Of a stretch of DNA of 64,000 bases, positions 17,555 through 26,947 are shown one piece after another. The notes under the pieces were generated by a model. That model was not told the DNA's origin, did no database searches, and was given only the letters and a program-made list of their open reading frames with translations. Positions within the stretch are counted from its first letter, which is position 1, and each line of letters begins with the position of its first letter. A program made the position numbers and the translations under genes. The stretch spans positions 124,001-188,000 of the IMG/VR virus record IMGVR_UViG_3300036715_004471; one strand, written 5' to 3'.

Positions 17555-18466
17555 TCAGGCTTCTTTACCAAATTGATCGAGTAAGCTATCTATTCTTTGT
17601 AGCAAGGCTACTCTGCCTGATTGTGGTTTTTGTGGAGCGTATGGTTGTGGAGAAGGCGGTTGTTTAATGGCTGCCATTTGAACCGGTGCTTGGTGATCAG
17701 GCACCGGCTTTTTATCTTTTCCATATTGTCTCATTTGTGTAGAATCAGCAATAGCACCTGCCAAATTAGGATTTTCCCTCAGTTTTTTCATAGTAGAGGG
17801 TATTTTCTTACCATTAGGTAAAGTTACGATAATATCATCATCTACAAAACGAGCATTCAAAGCATATTCTGTATGAGCAGCTGCTTGCCCCTTATGAGCA
17901 TAAGTATATGGCTGTAAAGGATCCCCACTAGCACCTTGCCATCCGCCAAAACTTACATCATCTGTGCTGGCGTTTGCTCCTGGTTCAGTAATTTCTTTAC
18001 CATGACCACTAATTAATCCAGGATTTTTATGTTTAGCCAGTTCTTGATCTGTTAAGCTGCTATAGTAGACGGCGGCATCAGATTGACTAATTCTATTCTT
18101 AACTACATCTTTAGCTGAATAATGTTTACCATCTAATGGGCTGGTGTAACCTGTTCCTGATAATGGGGCAGCTCTGACTTTAGTTTTGGCGGCATCATAA
18201 ATCTGTTTAGACATTTTAGGAGTAGGTATTACCATACCAAAATGATTGGCAATTCTCTGGGCTGTTACCGGAGTTACAGTTACCCTAAAACCATCAACAG
18301 TTAAATAATCTGCCATAGTTTTATAGGTTATCTTAGTTCCACCAGGACCATCAACAGTGACAGGGACCAAATTTTTAGGTGGACCTTGTTTGATGGTGGC
18401 TTGATAAACTAATTCCTCCCTGGCAGGACCCGGAGGTAGTTTCATGAATTCATCTTTGAAGCTCAT
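17555..18466 (-). CDS. Hypothetical protein, paralog of 18473..19192
   Basis: Shares R...V..A, AQ..A, GK.I, GW/GF and Q...H...HT(E/D)Y with its neighbour. Confidence 0.7.
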   Translation of the reverse strand: MSFKDEFMKLPPGPAREELVYQATIKQGPPKNLVPVTVDGPGGTKITYKTMADYLTVDGFRVTVTPVTAQRIANHFGMVIPTPKMSKQIYDAAKTKVRAAPLSGTGYTSPLDGKHYSAKDVVKNRISQSDAAVYYSSLTDQELAKHKNPGLISGHGKEITEPGANASTDDVSFGGWQGASGDPLQPYTYAHKGQAAAHTEYALNARFVDDDIIVTLPNGKKIPSTMKKLRENPNLAGAIADSTQMRQYGKDKKPVPDHQAPVQMAAIKQPPSPQPYAPQKPQSGRVALLQRIDSLLDQFGKEA

Positions 18467-18472
18467 TTGAGA

Positions 18473-19192
18473 TTAAACCCCTGGCTGGCGTGTAAAGTGT
18501 AATACTCCTTCATAACTTAGGAGTGGTGCTAAAGTTGAATTTGTCATAACATCTATAACATTCATAGATTGACCATCTACTTCACAAGTGTTACTCATAA
18601 GAATAAGTGTTTGGCTATAATCGGTATGTGATCTGTCATGTCTTGTACCAATAGTTTGCCACATTTTTAATCCGCCTGGTCCAATATATGGGGCAGATTT
18701 ATCGTAAAAACCATAGTTAATAGCGCTAGTAGAAGTAGTTAAACGATTACTCAAAATCCAAGCTTTACCACAATCACGAAATAATCCAGTCTTTCCAGCA
18801 CGTTTACTTTCAACTGAATTATTCCATTGTTTTGATTTAGAAGTTGTTACCATATCCGGACCGGCTGGCAATGTAGTTGCTCTTACAACAACTTCGGCGG
18901 CTTTATATGCAAGATCACTTACCTTAGAAGTAATAAAAGAAGCACTCATTAAATCTGCACATTTTTGCGCCAAAGTAGCAGAAACTTGAAATCTGAATCT
19001 TGTTCCATCATCTAATTCAACACGCGCAGCATCATCACAAACTTGAAAAGTAGCCGTGTGACCATTGATAGTTGAAACAATTGGTAACCAATTACATACT
19101 ACTAATCCATTACTAACAGCATCCAAAACTGCTTGATCTCTTGCGGGAGACGGATTTTCTGGCAATGAATTTATCCAAGATTGTGCGTCCAT
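18473..19192 (-). CDS. Hypothetical protein, paralog of 17555..18466
   Basis: WQTIGTRHDRSHTDYSQ motif; aligns by eye with its neighbour. Confidence 0.7.
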   Translation of the reverse strand: MDAQSWINSLPENPSPARDQAVLDAVSNGLVVCNWLPIVSTINGHTATFQVCDDAARVELDDGTRFRFQVSATLAQKCADLMSASFITSKVSDLAYKAAEVVVRATTLPAGPDMVTTSKSKQWNNSVESKRAGKTGLFRDCGKAWILSNRLTTSTSAINYGFYDKSAPYIGPGGLKMWQTIGTRHDRSHTDYSQTLILMSNTCEVDGQSMNVIDVMTNSTLAPLLSYEGVLHFTRQPGV

Positions 19193-19223
19193 GATTTCCT
19201 CATATCATTTTTAATATGCGGTC

Positions 19224-19251
19224 TTGACATTTATTTCCGCACATTTATACT
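19224..19251 (+). promoter_or_regulatory. Sigma70-like promoter TTGACA-N16-TATACT upstream of IMPDH/GMPR
   Basis: Near-consensus match in a divergent intergenic region. Confidence 0.75.
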
Positions 19252-19289
19252 ATGTAAGCTATAAGTATGCTCAAATATGGAGAAGATAA

Positions 19290-20336
19290 ATGCTGATTAA
19301 AGAAGGATTAACATTTGATGATGTATTGTTGGTTCCAAATCATTCAGAAATAACAACTAGAGCTGACGTATCAACAAGCGTCAAGCTTCCCAAAATAGAT
19401 AAAGAAATAAGTCATCCGATTATTCCTGCCAATATGAAAACCATTATAGATTATCCAATGGCAGAAGCTATTTATATTTCTGGAGGATTAGCTATTCTAC
19501 ATCGATTTATGCCATTAGAAGAGCAAATATCAATTCTAACCAGATTAGAAAATAAATTTGGCAAAGATGTTTGGAAAAGTATAGGATTTTCTATTGGAGT
19601 TAAGAAAGAAGATTTTTTGAGCGTCGAGAAGTTAGTAAGCGCCGGTGCCAGAATTCTATGTATAGATATAGCTCACGGACATTCTCGGCTTTGTATTGAT
19701 ATGTGTGAACATATCTCTGATATTTATCCTAATGTTCTATTAATTGCTGGAAATGTAGCAACTAATAATGGGGCTTTTGATTTATGGGCAGCTGGCGCTG
19801 ACATTGTAAAAGTGGGTGTAGGTCCAGGATCTCTTTGTACTACAAGAATAGAAACTGGAAATGGTGTGCCACAATTAACTGCGTTAATAGATGCGATTGA
19901 GGCAAAAAAAGCGATATGTTCTCGTCACCAAGGCGGAACAGATGACAAACAAAGATTGATAATCTCTGATGGTGGTATTAAAAATACTGGAGATATAGTC
20001 AAAGCATTATGCTTTGCTGATTTAGTGATGATTGGTAATATGTTTGCTGGTTGTGAGGAAACTCCTGGAGAGACGCTAACTATTGATGGCAGAAAATACA
20101 AAGAATATGTTGGTTCATCTACTCATAAAACCAATCACATAGAAGGTGTAGCGGCTATTGTTCCAGCCAAAGGAAGTTTGAAAATTATTCTAACCAAAAT
20201 GCTAGAAGGGATTCAATCAGGATGTTCTTACCAAGGTGTAATGAGCATTGATAAATTGAAGGATAATCCTACATTTATTAGGATAACCGGCGCAGGATTA
20301 AAAGAGTCTCATGCGCATGATGTAATTGTAAGGTAA
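19290..20336 (+). CDS. IMP dehydrogenase / GMP reductase family protein (no CBS domain)
   Basis: [29 protein letters not shown] and ISDGGI motifs. Confidence 0.92.
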   Translation: MLIKEGLTFDDVLLVPNHSEITTRADVSTSVKLPKIDKEISHPIIPANMKTIIDYPMAEAIYISGGLAILHRFMPLEEQISILTRLENKFGKDVWKSIGFSIGVKKEDFLSVEKLVSAGARILCIDIAHGHSRLCIDMCEHISDIYPNVLLIAGNVATNNGAFDLWAAGADIVKVGVGPGSLCTTRIETGNGVPQLTALIDAIEAKKAICSRHQGGTDDKQRLIISDGGIKNTGDIVKALCFADLVMIGNMFAGCEETPGETLTIDGRKYKEYVGSSTHKTNHIEGVAAIVPAKGSLKIILTKMLEGIQSGCSYQGVMSIDKLKDNPTFIRITGAGLKESHAHDVIVR

Positions 20337-20338
20337 TT

Positions 20339-20518
20339 ATGAATAAATCTAAATGGTTTCAATGTACGGCTTGGGTATTTTTTATTACAGTATGTGCCCA
20401 TGCCGTGTATCGCGCCCATACATACCATCATTGGTGGGGTTTAGTTATTCTAATTGTAGGATTCGCAATGGGCACTCTATATGATAAAGTTTTAAGGAAA
20501 TTCAAAAATGACAAATGA
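20339..20518 (+). CDS. 59-aa protein with two predicted transmembrane segments; not in the ORF track
   Basis: MNKSKWFQCTAWVFFITVCAHAVYRAHTYHHWWGLVILIVGFAMGTLYDKVLRKFKNDK; fills the gap between IMPDH and ThyX. Confidence 0.6.
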   Translation: MNKSKWFQCTAWVFFITVCAHAVYRAHTYHHWWGLVILIVGFAMGTLYDKVLRKFKNDK

Positions 20519-21152
20519 TAACAAAATAGAATTAATTGGTTTTTACGGCTCTGACGAAACACATGCCATGTCTGCTTGGACATCTACTGCTAGAGACATT
20601 ACTCCAGAAAAAAAACAGAGAATGGACAAGCTACTAGGGATGTTAGGCTCAGAAGGTCATCATACACCATTTGAAAAGTCGAGCCTTCATTTCTTAATCA
20701 CCACGGACATTGCTACACACATTCATTTCTTAAAACATAGGGTAGGAACTTCTTTGAATGCCGAGTCGGCTAGATACAAAGAATTAAAAGATGATAAATT
20801 CTATGTGCCCACCGATTGGGTTTCTTCCGAACAAAGATTATTAATTGAGCATTGTGAAGATTCAATCAAGAAGTATCATGCTTGTTTGGAAAGATTGGTT
20901 AAGGGAGGTATGAGCAAGAAAAGAGCCAAAGAAAGCGCTCGTTTCTATTTGCCATATGCTAATCAAATTACTTCTGATGTTATGTTTAATTTCAGATCTT
21001 TTATGCATTTTCAAGGATTGAGAAACTCAGAACATGCTCAATTAGAAGTTCGTGAATGCGCCCAAAAGATGCTCAAAGAAGTATCCAAGACCGGTCAGTT
21101 TGATTTGTCTTTGAATGCCTTCGGCTGGACTAAGGATAAGATTAATGGATAA
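20508..21152 (+). CDS. thyX: Flavin-dependent thymidylate synthase
   Basis: GHHTPFE, KHRVGTSLNAESARY, ESARFYLP and HAQLEVR motifs. Confidence 0.92.
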   Translation: MTNDNKIELIGFYGSDETHAMSAWTSTARDITPEKKQRMDKLLGMLGSEGHHTPFEKSSLHFLITTDIATHIHFLKHRVGTSLNAESARYKELKDDKFYVPTDWVSSEQRLLIEHCEDSIKKYHACLERLVKGGMSKKRAKESARFYLPYANQITSDVMFNFRSFMHFQGLRNSEHAQLEVRECAQKMLKEVSKTGQFDLSLNAFGWTKDKING

Positions 21153-21339
21153 TCGCGTCACATATGAAATGCTAAGTTACTATGGTGTTAGTGTTGGTAA
21201 TTATATGATAAAATTGTATAATCCAGACTATTATGAAATAATTACTGATAGCAATGCTTCTGAATTTTCAGTATCAGGAAATAAAAAACTTGCTGCTTTA
21301 GCAATCGTAAAATATGTAGAAAAACAATGTCTGAACTAG
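21145..21339 (+). CDS. Hypothetical protein
   Basis: Likely ATG overlapping the end of thyX. Confidence 0.55.
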   Translation: MDNRVTYEMLSYYGVSVGNYMIKLYNPDYYEIITDSNASEFSVSGNKKLAALAIVKYVEKQCLN

Positions 21340-21491
21340 ATTATAGTACAATGGGAATTGGACCATTAGTATTCTATAAAAAACAAAACAGATTAGTAGT
21401 TGAAAGTAACTATAAAAATAACGAATTGGAAAGTTTACCAGAAATGTTGGATATAATCAACAACATTTTAAAGTTCAAAGCATTTTTCTAA
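21327..21491 (+). CDS. 54-aa protein with C-terminal tag (NILKFKAFF); not in the ORF track
   Basis: MSELDYSTMGIGPLVFYKKQNRLVVESNYKNNELESLPEMLDIINNILKFKAFF-stop. Confidence 0.65.
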   Translation: MSELDYSTMGIGPLVFYKKQNRLVVESNYKNNELESLPEMLDIINNILKFKAFF

Positions 21492-22163
21492 GTAGATTTT
21501 AACCAATCCCTCTACTTTTCTTACAGATGCTCTCTTAGAGTTATCTGGAATGTAATCAGATAAAATTCCCACCCCCAGAAAATTAGAATCGCTGATGCTG
21601 TGACTATTGACAACTACAGCATCAGAACGCGGTCCTGAATTACCTTCAACAGAAGTAAATCTATTACGACCATCAAATGATTCTAATACTCCTATATGTC
21701 CCTTCCAAGAATCAGTTCCTCCACGACTCCAAACTACAATATTACCTGGCGTCATAGCCTGGGGAGTAATCTTCTCCCTGGACACCCATTTTCCTATTTG
21801 ACCAAATTGTCCGGCGATATTTCTAGCGCCCACTGCACCCGGAATTGGTCCGCCTCCAGCTTCTTTCATCCAAGCTGAGACCGCCGCCGCACACCAATCT
21901 TGTCCCCCGCCCATATTGAAGTATTTGAAATACTCTCTGATTCTTTTACCATCATTCTTCCCCAAATCCTCACGTACACCTAAATCAGCTTTAGCATTAG
22001 CTAATACTTGGCTTCCGAAAGAGCCGGTAGGTTGGCGCATAGTCTCAGGAGCTTCCTCAAGCAATTTATAGGGATCTTCCTCCTCAACAGTGCCACCGCC
22101 ACGTAAGCTCTGGAGAACGCCATTTAATAGATTATCAAGGTCATCATAGGCAAAAGATTTCAT
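21468..22163 (-). CDS. CHAP-domain peptidoglycan hydrolase
   Basis: WCAAAVSAW, GHIGV and EGNS motifs. Confidence 0.85.
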   Translation of the reverse strand: MKSFAYDDLDNLLNGVLQSLRGGGTVEEEDPYKLLEEAPETMRQPTGSFGSQVLANAKADLGVREDLGKNDGKRIREYFKYFNMGGGQDWCAAAVSAWMKEAGGGPIPGAVGARNIAGQFGQIGKWVSREKITPQAMTPGNIVVWSRGGTDSWKGHIGVLESFDGRNRFTSVEGNSGPRSDAVVVNSHSISDSNFLGVGILSDYIPDNSKRASVRKVEGLVKIYLEKCFEL

Positions 22164-22178
22164 AACATGAATATCAAA

Positions 22179-22565
22179 TTAACGATAGGGGTCGGCACGA
22201 CAAGACCAACAAAGAAATCCATCATTGTCTTGATTTGGGGCAGCTTGGTGAAAAAAGTCTTTGCACCTATCACAAGTGCATCCGTCTACTTCTGACTTGA
22301 CTTTATAAACAAATCCCTCACGAATGTATAGAATCTCATCGCCTAGGTATTTTTTATTTAGCGATAGTTGTTTAAGCAAAAAAGAATCCGCCCTGACACT
22401 TCCTTTAATAAAAGTGTAGGGCGGAATATAGAGATAATATCCTAGATTATCAGAGGCTATAATATCAAACGAAGCTTCTTGATCGTAATCTGAAGTATAA
22501 GGATTGATAACAGTTTTTTCTCTAAGACGGCAGATGATACAAGTACCAATTTTTAGTCTAGGCAT
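22179..22565 (-). CDS. Hypothetical protein with C-terminal zinc finger
   Basis: CDRC...CWSC motifs. Confidence 0.65.
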   Translation of the reverse strand: MPRLKIGTCIICRLREKTVINPYTSDYDQEASFDIIASDNLGYYLYIPPYTFIKGSVRADSFLLKQLSLNKKYLGDEILYIREGFVYKVKSEVDGCTCDRCKDFFHQAAPNQDNDGFLCWSCRADPYR

Positions 22566-22580
22566 GCCTAGAATACTTAA

Positions 22581-23045
22581 TTATGCCGGTTCTTCGTAGA
22601 AGTAAACGCTAACGCCATTGTCTACAAGATGTTTAGAAAGCATTTCAGTCATTTCTGGTACAGCCTCGGTGACTGCGCTCGGTACATGAACCGTTGCTTT
22701 TTCATATTTTGCCATTGAGCAGACCTTTTTTAAACATTCTTCTAGCCCTTTGACATCCGTGACTAGCTTATCATCTTGGCACAACATATGAATAACCCAA
22801 GTGTCGCTTTGCACGGCGGTAGTATTCACGGCACCCAATTTGTAGGCTCCGGTCCTAGTATTGAACCAACCTTTGGCATCTTCCTTAACTCTTCTCCATC
22901 TCTTATCAAAAACTTTGTACCAATCGCCATCTACTTTTCCAAGTACATTGTTGACTGACAATACAAATCTTAATCCGGCATTCTCAGGAGCTAGAATCGT
23001 GCCTTTGATTATTTTCATCTTGCCTTGTGGTTGAAATTTGTTCAT
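22581..23045 (-). CDS. Macro-domain-like protein (degenerate)
   Basis: MKIIKGTIL, YKLGAV, WVIHMLCQ, GLEECL and TVHVP follow the macro-fold pattern, but canonical glycine loops are not evident. Confidence 0.55.
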   Translation of the reverse strand: MNKFQPQGKMKIIKGTILAPENAGLRFVLSVNNVLGKVDGDWYKVFDKRWRRVKEDAKGWFNTRTGAYKLGAVNTTAVQSDTWVIHMLCQDDKLVTDVKGLEECLKKVCSMAKYEKATVHVPSAVTEAVPEMTEMLSKHLVDNGVSVYFYEEPA

Positions 23046-23084
23046 GTTATTCCTTTTATTAACTCCTACGAAATAGATATATCG

Positions 23085-24080
23085 TCAAGAGTAAATTTCT
23101 TCCAGGTACTCATGTAAGAATTTAACTTTATCATTCACTATTCCTGAAATACTCAGCCCAAGATGATCATTCAAATCTATTTGAGTTTCTTCATACGCCG
23201 AGAAACTCAGTCCCCTTTTTTCTGAAAAAAGAGAGTTTGTGATGCATTCAATATCTTTCAAATTAGGCATTACGATAGAATATTTATGATTGTAAAAGGC
23301 ATCAGCCAAGAAACTAGCCTGACCTTCACAAATGAATAATTCACAATTCGCCAGATTACAAAAGTATTCTTCTTGATTGAAATAAGATTTCAGAGATACT
23401 TTTGCGTATGATTCTTGATCAAATTCGCTAAAAGTAATACAGTCCGGATATTTACTGAGAAGTGAAAAGATTTTTTTATTATTGGATAACATGCCCGCCA
23501 CGATATTGTGTTGACATGGAATAGATAATTTTCCCACCTTATGATAAGGTCTTACCCATTCAAAATTATCTTTTATCTGGGGAATATCTAAGGTGTCGCC
23601 AAAATGGGAATAAACAAAATTCCTGGCAGAATTATCTACTATATTGATTATTCGTTGAGATGTTTGGGGATTTTTGTTAGTGAGGTAGGAGTAATTTTTG
23701 AATAGACCAAGATTATATTTCTCTTCTTGAGTCAACGCCATGTTTAACAATGATGAGCTACATTGCCACAATTCAATGTTAAGAATTGTGGCAATATAAG
23801 ATGTGAAGTATTCCAAATCACTGATAATCAAATCAGGTTTGAAATACTTCACTTGCTCAAAATAAGTTAATAGGTTATCGTTATTTTCAATAGAGATATG
23901 TTCTGGGTTGAACATATTGAGAAGGGCATCAAGCGTCCAATCTATGTTAATAGTTGGACTGGATTTTTTATATGCTGCCACTTTGATAAAATACGGTTTG
24001 CCCTCAAGTGATTGAATAAATCTTGAAAGCTGTATTTTAGCATTTTCGTTATTACCGGCAGCATATAGAATTTTAAGCAT
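23085..24080 (-). CDS. GT-B glycosyltransferase-like protein
   Basis: KILYAAG, PDLIISDLEY and FICEGQASFLADAFY...IVMP motifs. Confidence 0.6.
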   Translation of the reverse strand: MLKILYAAGNNENAKIQLSRFIQSLEGKPYFIKVAAYKKSSPTINIDWTLDALLNMFNPEHISIENNDNLLTYFEQVKYFKPDLIISDLEYFTSYIATILNIELWQCSSSLLNMALTQEEKYNLGLFKNYSYLTNKNPQTSQRIINIVDNSARNFVYSHFGDTLDIPQIKDNFEWVRPYHKVGKLSIPCQHNIVAGMLSNNKKIFSLLSKYPDCITFSEFDQESYAKVSLKSYFNQEEYFCNLANCELFICEGQASFLADAFYNHKYSIVMPNLKDIECITNSLFSEKRGLSFSAYEETQIDLNDHLGLSISGIVNDKVKFLHEYLEEIYS

Positions 24081-24660
24081 TCAGTATCTTTTTGAAAGAT
24101 TCTACTTGTTTTTCAAAAACTTCTTTAGTAGCCTTGGTGTCAGCTGTAGAAGAATGAGCTTTTTCATTTTTTATACCGTATTTTTTAACTAGAGCAGATA
24201 AGCTATAACTATCTGCCATGGAGCCCTTGCACCAATCTAGAAAGAACTCAATGATCATAGTGTCCATGGTACGTCTGCCAAAAGGAAAAGAATCTTTAGA
24301 ATTACATTTGATCCAAAGTTGTTCCAACATAGCTTTATCAAAGCTTACATTCTGACCACATAAAACACGATTTTCTACAGGAACACCATCATCAGCAATC
24401 CAATTTTCTATGTCGACTATGTTTTTTACAGGATCAACATATAAGTCGCGACCAACTTTAGTTTCTAATTTCAAGTCTTCTATCTTGTGCCCATTAACTC
24501 TCAAGGCTCCCATATCAATTGTTTCATAATTGATTGGTTTAAACCACCAAGTTTTTTGAACATTGTCATTTAATCTATACAATGATAACTCGATAACATC
24601 ATGACTATGGCTATCTAATCCGGTTGTCTCTGTATCAGCCACGTATATTACATATTCCAT
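24073..24660 (-). CDS. DEDDh 3'-5' exonuclease (second copy)
   Basis: ADTETTG, GQNVSFD and AHSSTAD motifs. Confidence 0.9.
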   Translation of the reverse strand: MEYVIYVADTETTGLDSHSHDVIELSLYRLNDNVQKTWWFKPINYETIDMGALRVNGHKIEDLKLETKVGRDLYVDPVKNIVDIENWIADDGVPVENRVLCGQNVSFDKAMLEQLWIKCNSKDSFPFGRRTMDTMIIEFFLDWCKGSMADSYSLSALVKKYGIKNEKAHSSTADTKATKEVFEKQVESFKKILNA

Positions 24661-24692
24661 TAAATTACACCTCTCTGCGTAGTAATGAGCAT

Positions 24693-24720
24693 AGTATAAT
24701 CACGCGAATTTACCTGTCAA
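24693..24720 (-). promoter_or_regulatory. Sigma70-like promoter TTGACA-N16-TATACT
   Basis: Intergenic, upstream of the exonuclease and its GAGGTG RBS. Confidence 0.75.
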
Positions 24721-24726
24721 TGGGCG

Positions 24727-25146
24727 TTATTTTATTCTTTTCTTCATTTCAGTTTTAATAAAATTTATAGACTTTAGACCTTGTTTATACTGAGATATCA
24801 AAAAGTTTACGCCATCTACAGTCCTGAGAAACTCTTTTTCTTTATTGGTGAGTTTAGCACCTTCTACAGTAAAAATGAGTTTACTATCTTCAAAGATTTT
24901 CCATTTTTCACCCTTATTGGGCATTGAAACTCTTTTGACTCTAATAACTTTTTCTACCACATCATCTTCTTCATGATAAAGATCATATTCGAATTTACTC
25001 AAATTATATTTAAGATTCTGATCTTTGAATTCTTCACCCGCTGCCATGATAGTGGGATCTGTTGGATTACTTTTATTTGACATGTATTTCTCTATCAATT
25101 TAGGATCTACTCTAGGCGTGGTATCTTCTAATAAGACAAAACTCAT
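24727..25146 (-). CDS. Hypothetical protein
   Basis: 139-aa ORF in a minus-strand operon. Confidence 0.65.
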   Translation of the reverse strand: MSFVLLEDTTPRVDPKLIEKYMSNKSNPTDPTIMAAGEEFKDQNLKYNLSKFEYDLYHEEDDVVEKVIRVKRVSMPNKGEKWKIFEDSKLIFTVEGAKLTNKEKEFLRTVDGVNFLISQYKQGLKSINFIKTEMKKRIK

Positions 25147-26354
25147 TTACAAGCCTGATCTGCTGCAATAATTCCCATAGTAGCTGCTGATAATATACCA
25201 TGCACTCCTGCACTTTCGCCAGCGACAAACATTCCATCTATTTCTGTTTCCAAATTGGAGCCAAGATTTATCTTAGGAGCCATTGGAAGAATGGTTGGAA
25301 CATGAAAATAACCTTTGCTATTTATCTCCGGAAGAACTGCACATAACTCAGCAACCGAATCTTTTAACCAGTCATACTCTGGAATAATAGAAATTTTACT
25401 TTTACCACTTAAAATAGTAGATACTTTCTCTTTAATAATTCTGTCATTTGATAAAACGAAAGTTAATTTTCCTAATCTATCTGTTTGCTCAAATCCATTT
25501 TCCGGAAACTTTCTATTACCAATCATAGAAAAAGAAACTTTATCAGTTTTCCACCTATTCTCATTTGATCTAAAAGCTGAAATTGCCAAATCAACATGAT
25601 CCTCTGGAATTACTGTTCCAAACCAATTCAAAGGACCAATTTCTAAATCATCTCCCTTCAAAAGAGTGCAATTAGATTTATTGAAATCTTTCATATGAGA
25701 AGCGTTAAGTTCTATTCTAATACCATATTTGGCAATATCATTGTTGTCAATGATTCCTAAATTAGCATACAGTTCTTTAGACCAACGCCAACCACTTCTG
25801 CCCACAGCTAAAATGATTTTCTTACATTTATATTCTTCTTGTTCTGTAGTAATAACAAATAGGTTCTTTTGTTTTGAGATTTTCTTTACTTCATTATCAA
25901 AACTAAAAGTTATATTTCCACAACTTTCAATTGTTTCTGCCATATATTTGGAAAGAGCATGAATGTCTTTAGGATATATTTGAATGTAATCATTCAAAAT
26001 TACATCATATCCCGCCTTCTTCAATTTTTTATCCAAAGATACTAATGGAGATTTGTCTTTTGTTATTTTGAAATGTCCAACATTGGACATAACATTAGAA
26101 AACCAAGTGTTGGCAGATTTGGCTTTTCTCAAACCAACAAGATCGGCAACCTTGTCAATATTATTCATGTATAATTTGCCATCACTATTTGGAAAGCATC
26201 CTAGCCAACCTTCTAGTTGTCTACGACGTTTCATAGGCGGGCGCCCCAAATCAAAAACAATAGCTTTTGAATCTTTATAGTCTTTTGCTATCTTTAAGGT
26301 GGCAAAAGCGCCAGCTACGCCAGCGCCAATTATACCAATATCAAAATTACTCAT
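25143..26354 (-). CDS. FAD-dependent oxidoreductase
   Basis: IIGAGVAG dinucleotide-binding motif, NSDGKL, LAVGRSG and GMFVAGESAG...GILSAA. Likely start at MSNFD. Confidence 0.85.
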   Translation of the reverse strand: MSNFDIGIIGAGVAGAFATLKIAKDYKDSKAIVFDLGRPPMKRRRQLEGWLGCFPNSDGKLYMNNIDKVADLVGLRKAKSANTWFSNVMSNVGHFKITKDKSPLVSLDKKLKKAGYDVILNDYIQIYPKDIHALSKYMAETIESCGNITFSFDNEVKKISKQKNLFVITTEQEEYKCKKIILAVGRSGWRWSKELYANLGIIDNNDIAKYGIRIELNASHMKDFNKSNCTLLKGDDLEIGPLNWFGTVIPEDHVDLAISAFRSNENRWKTDKVSFSMIGNRKFPENGFEQTDRLGKLTFVLSNDRIIKEKVSTILSGKSKISIIPEYDWLKDSVAELCAVLPEINSKGYFHVPTILPMAPKINLGSNLETEIDGMFVAGESAGVHGILSAATMGIIAADQACK

Positions 26355-26417
26355 GCAAGTCCTACGATAAATTGTGGTGATTACACCCGTATTATATCGC
26401 AAGACTAATAGAATTAT

Positions 26418-26894
26418 TCAAATCTCAAAATTACTTCCACTTATATCAGTTTCATGATTGGTAATAGTTGTTCCCGCCCAACCTTCTTTGTCCATTTGAG
26501 ATAATCTATTGAACTCTTTTTCCAAAGCTGCAATTAACTTAGCGTTCAATGCAGCCAATGCACTTTTAACAATGCTACTAGCAGTTTTATCATTAACTAA
26601 TGATCCTGTAATTTTTAGACCGCTGGTTTGAGGATTTATTTTCCATTTACCACCAACCAAATTGGCGTTAGTAATAAAACTATTAATTGCCAAGCCGCCT
26701 CTTATATTAGCTGCTGCTATTTTGTTAGCCGCAGCTTGTAAAACAGTTGCTAAGCCAGGATTTTGTCCAAGTATAGTGTTAGCTGTAGGTCTAACAGCCA
26801 AAGTTACACCAGTACTATCTACTTCTTTAGCTGCTTGAGCTTCTTTTCTAAGTTTATATTCAAAATGATTTGCTAAAATATCTATTTGTCTCAT
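26418..26894 (-). CDS. Hypothetical protein with a leader ending KEAQ (possible virion protein)
   Basis: N-terminus MRQIDILANHFEYKLRKEAQ. Confidence 0.6.
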   Translation of the reverse strand: MRQIDILANHFEYKLRKEAQAAKEVDSTGVTLAVRPTANTILGQNPGLATVLQAAANKIAAANIRGGLAINSFITNANLVGGKWKINPQTSGLKITGSLVNDKTASSIVKSALAALNAKLIAALEKEFNRLSQMDKEGWAGTTITNHETDISGSNFEI

Positions 26895-26947
26895 TGTTAT
26901 CCTAAAATATTAAGTAGTAATATGATTGGTAGTCAATCCAGTAATAA

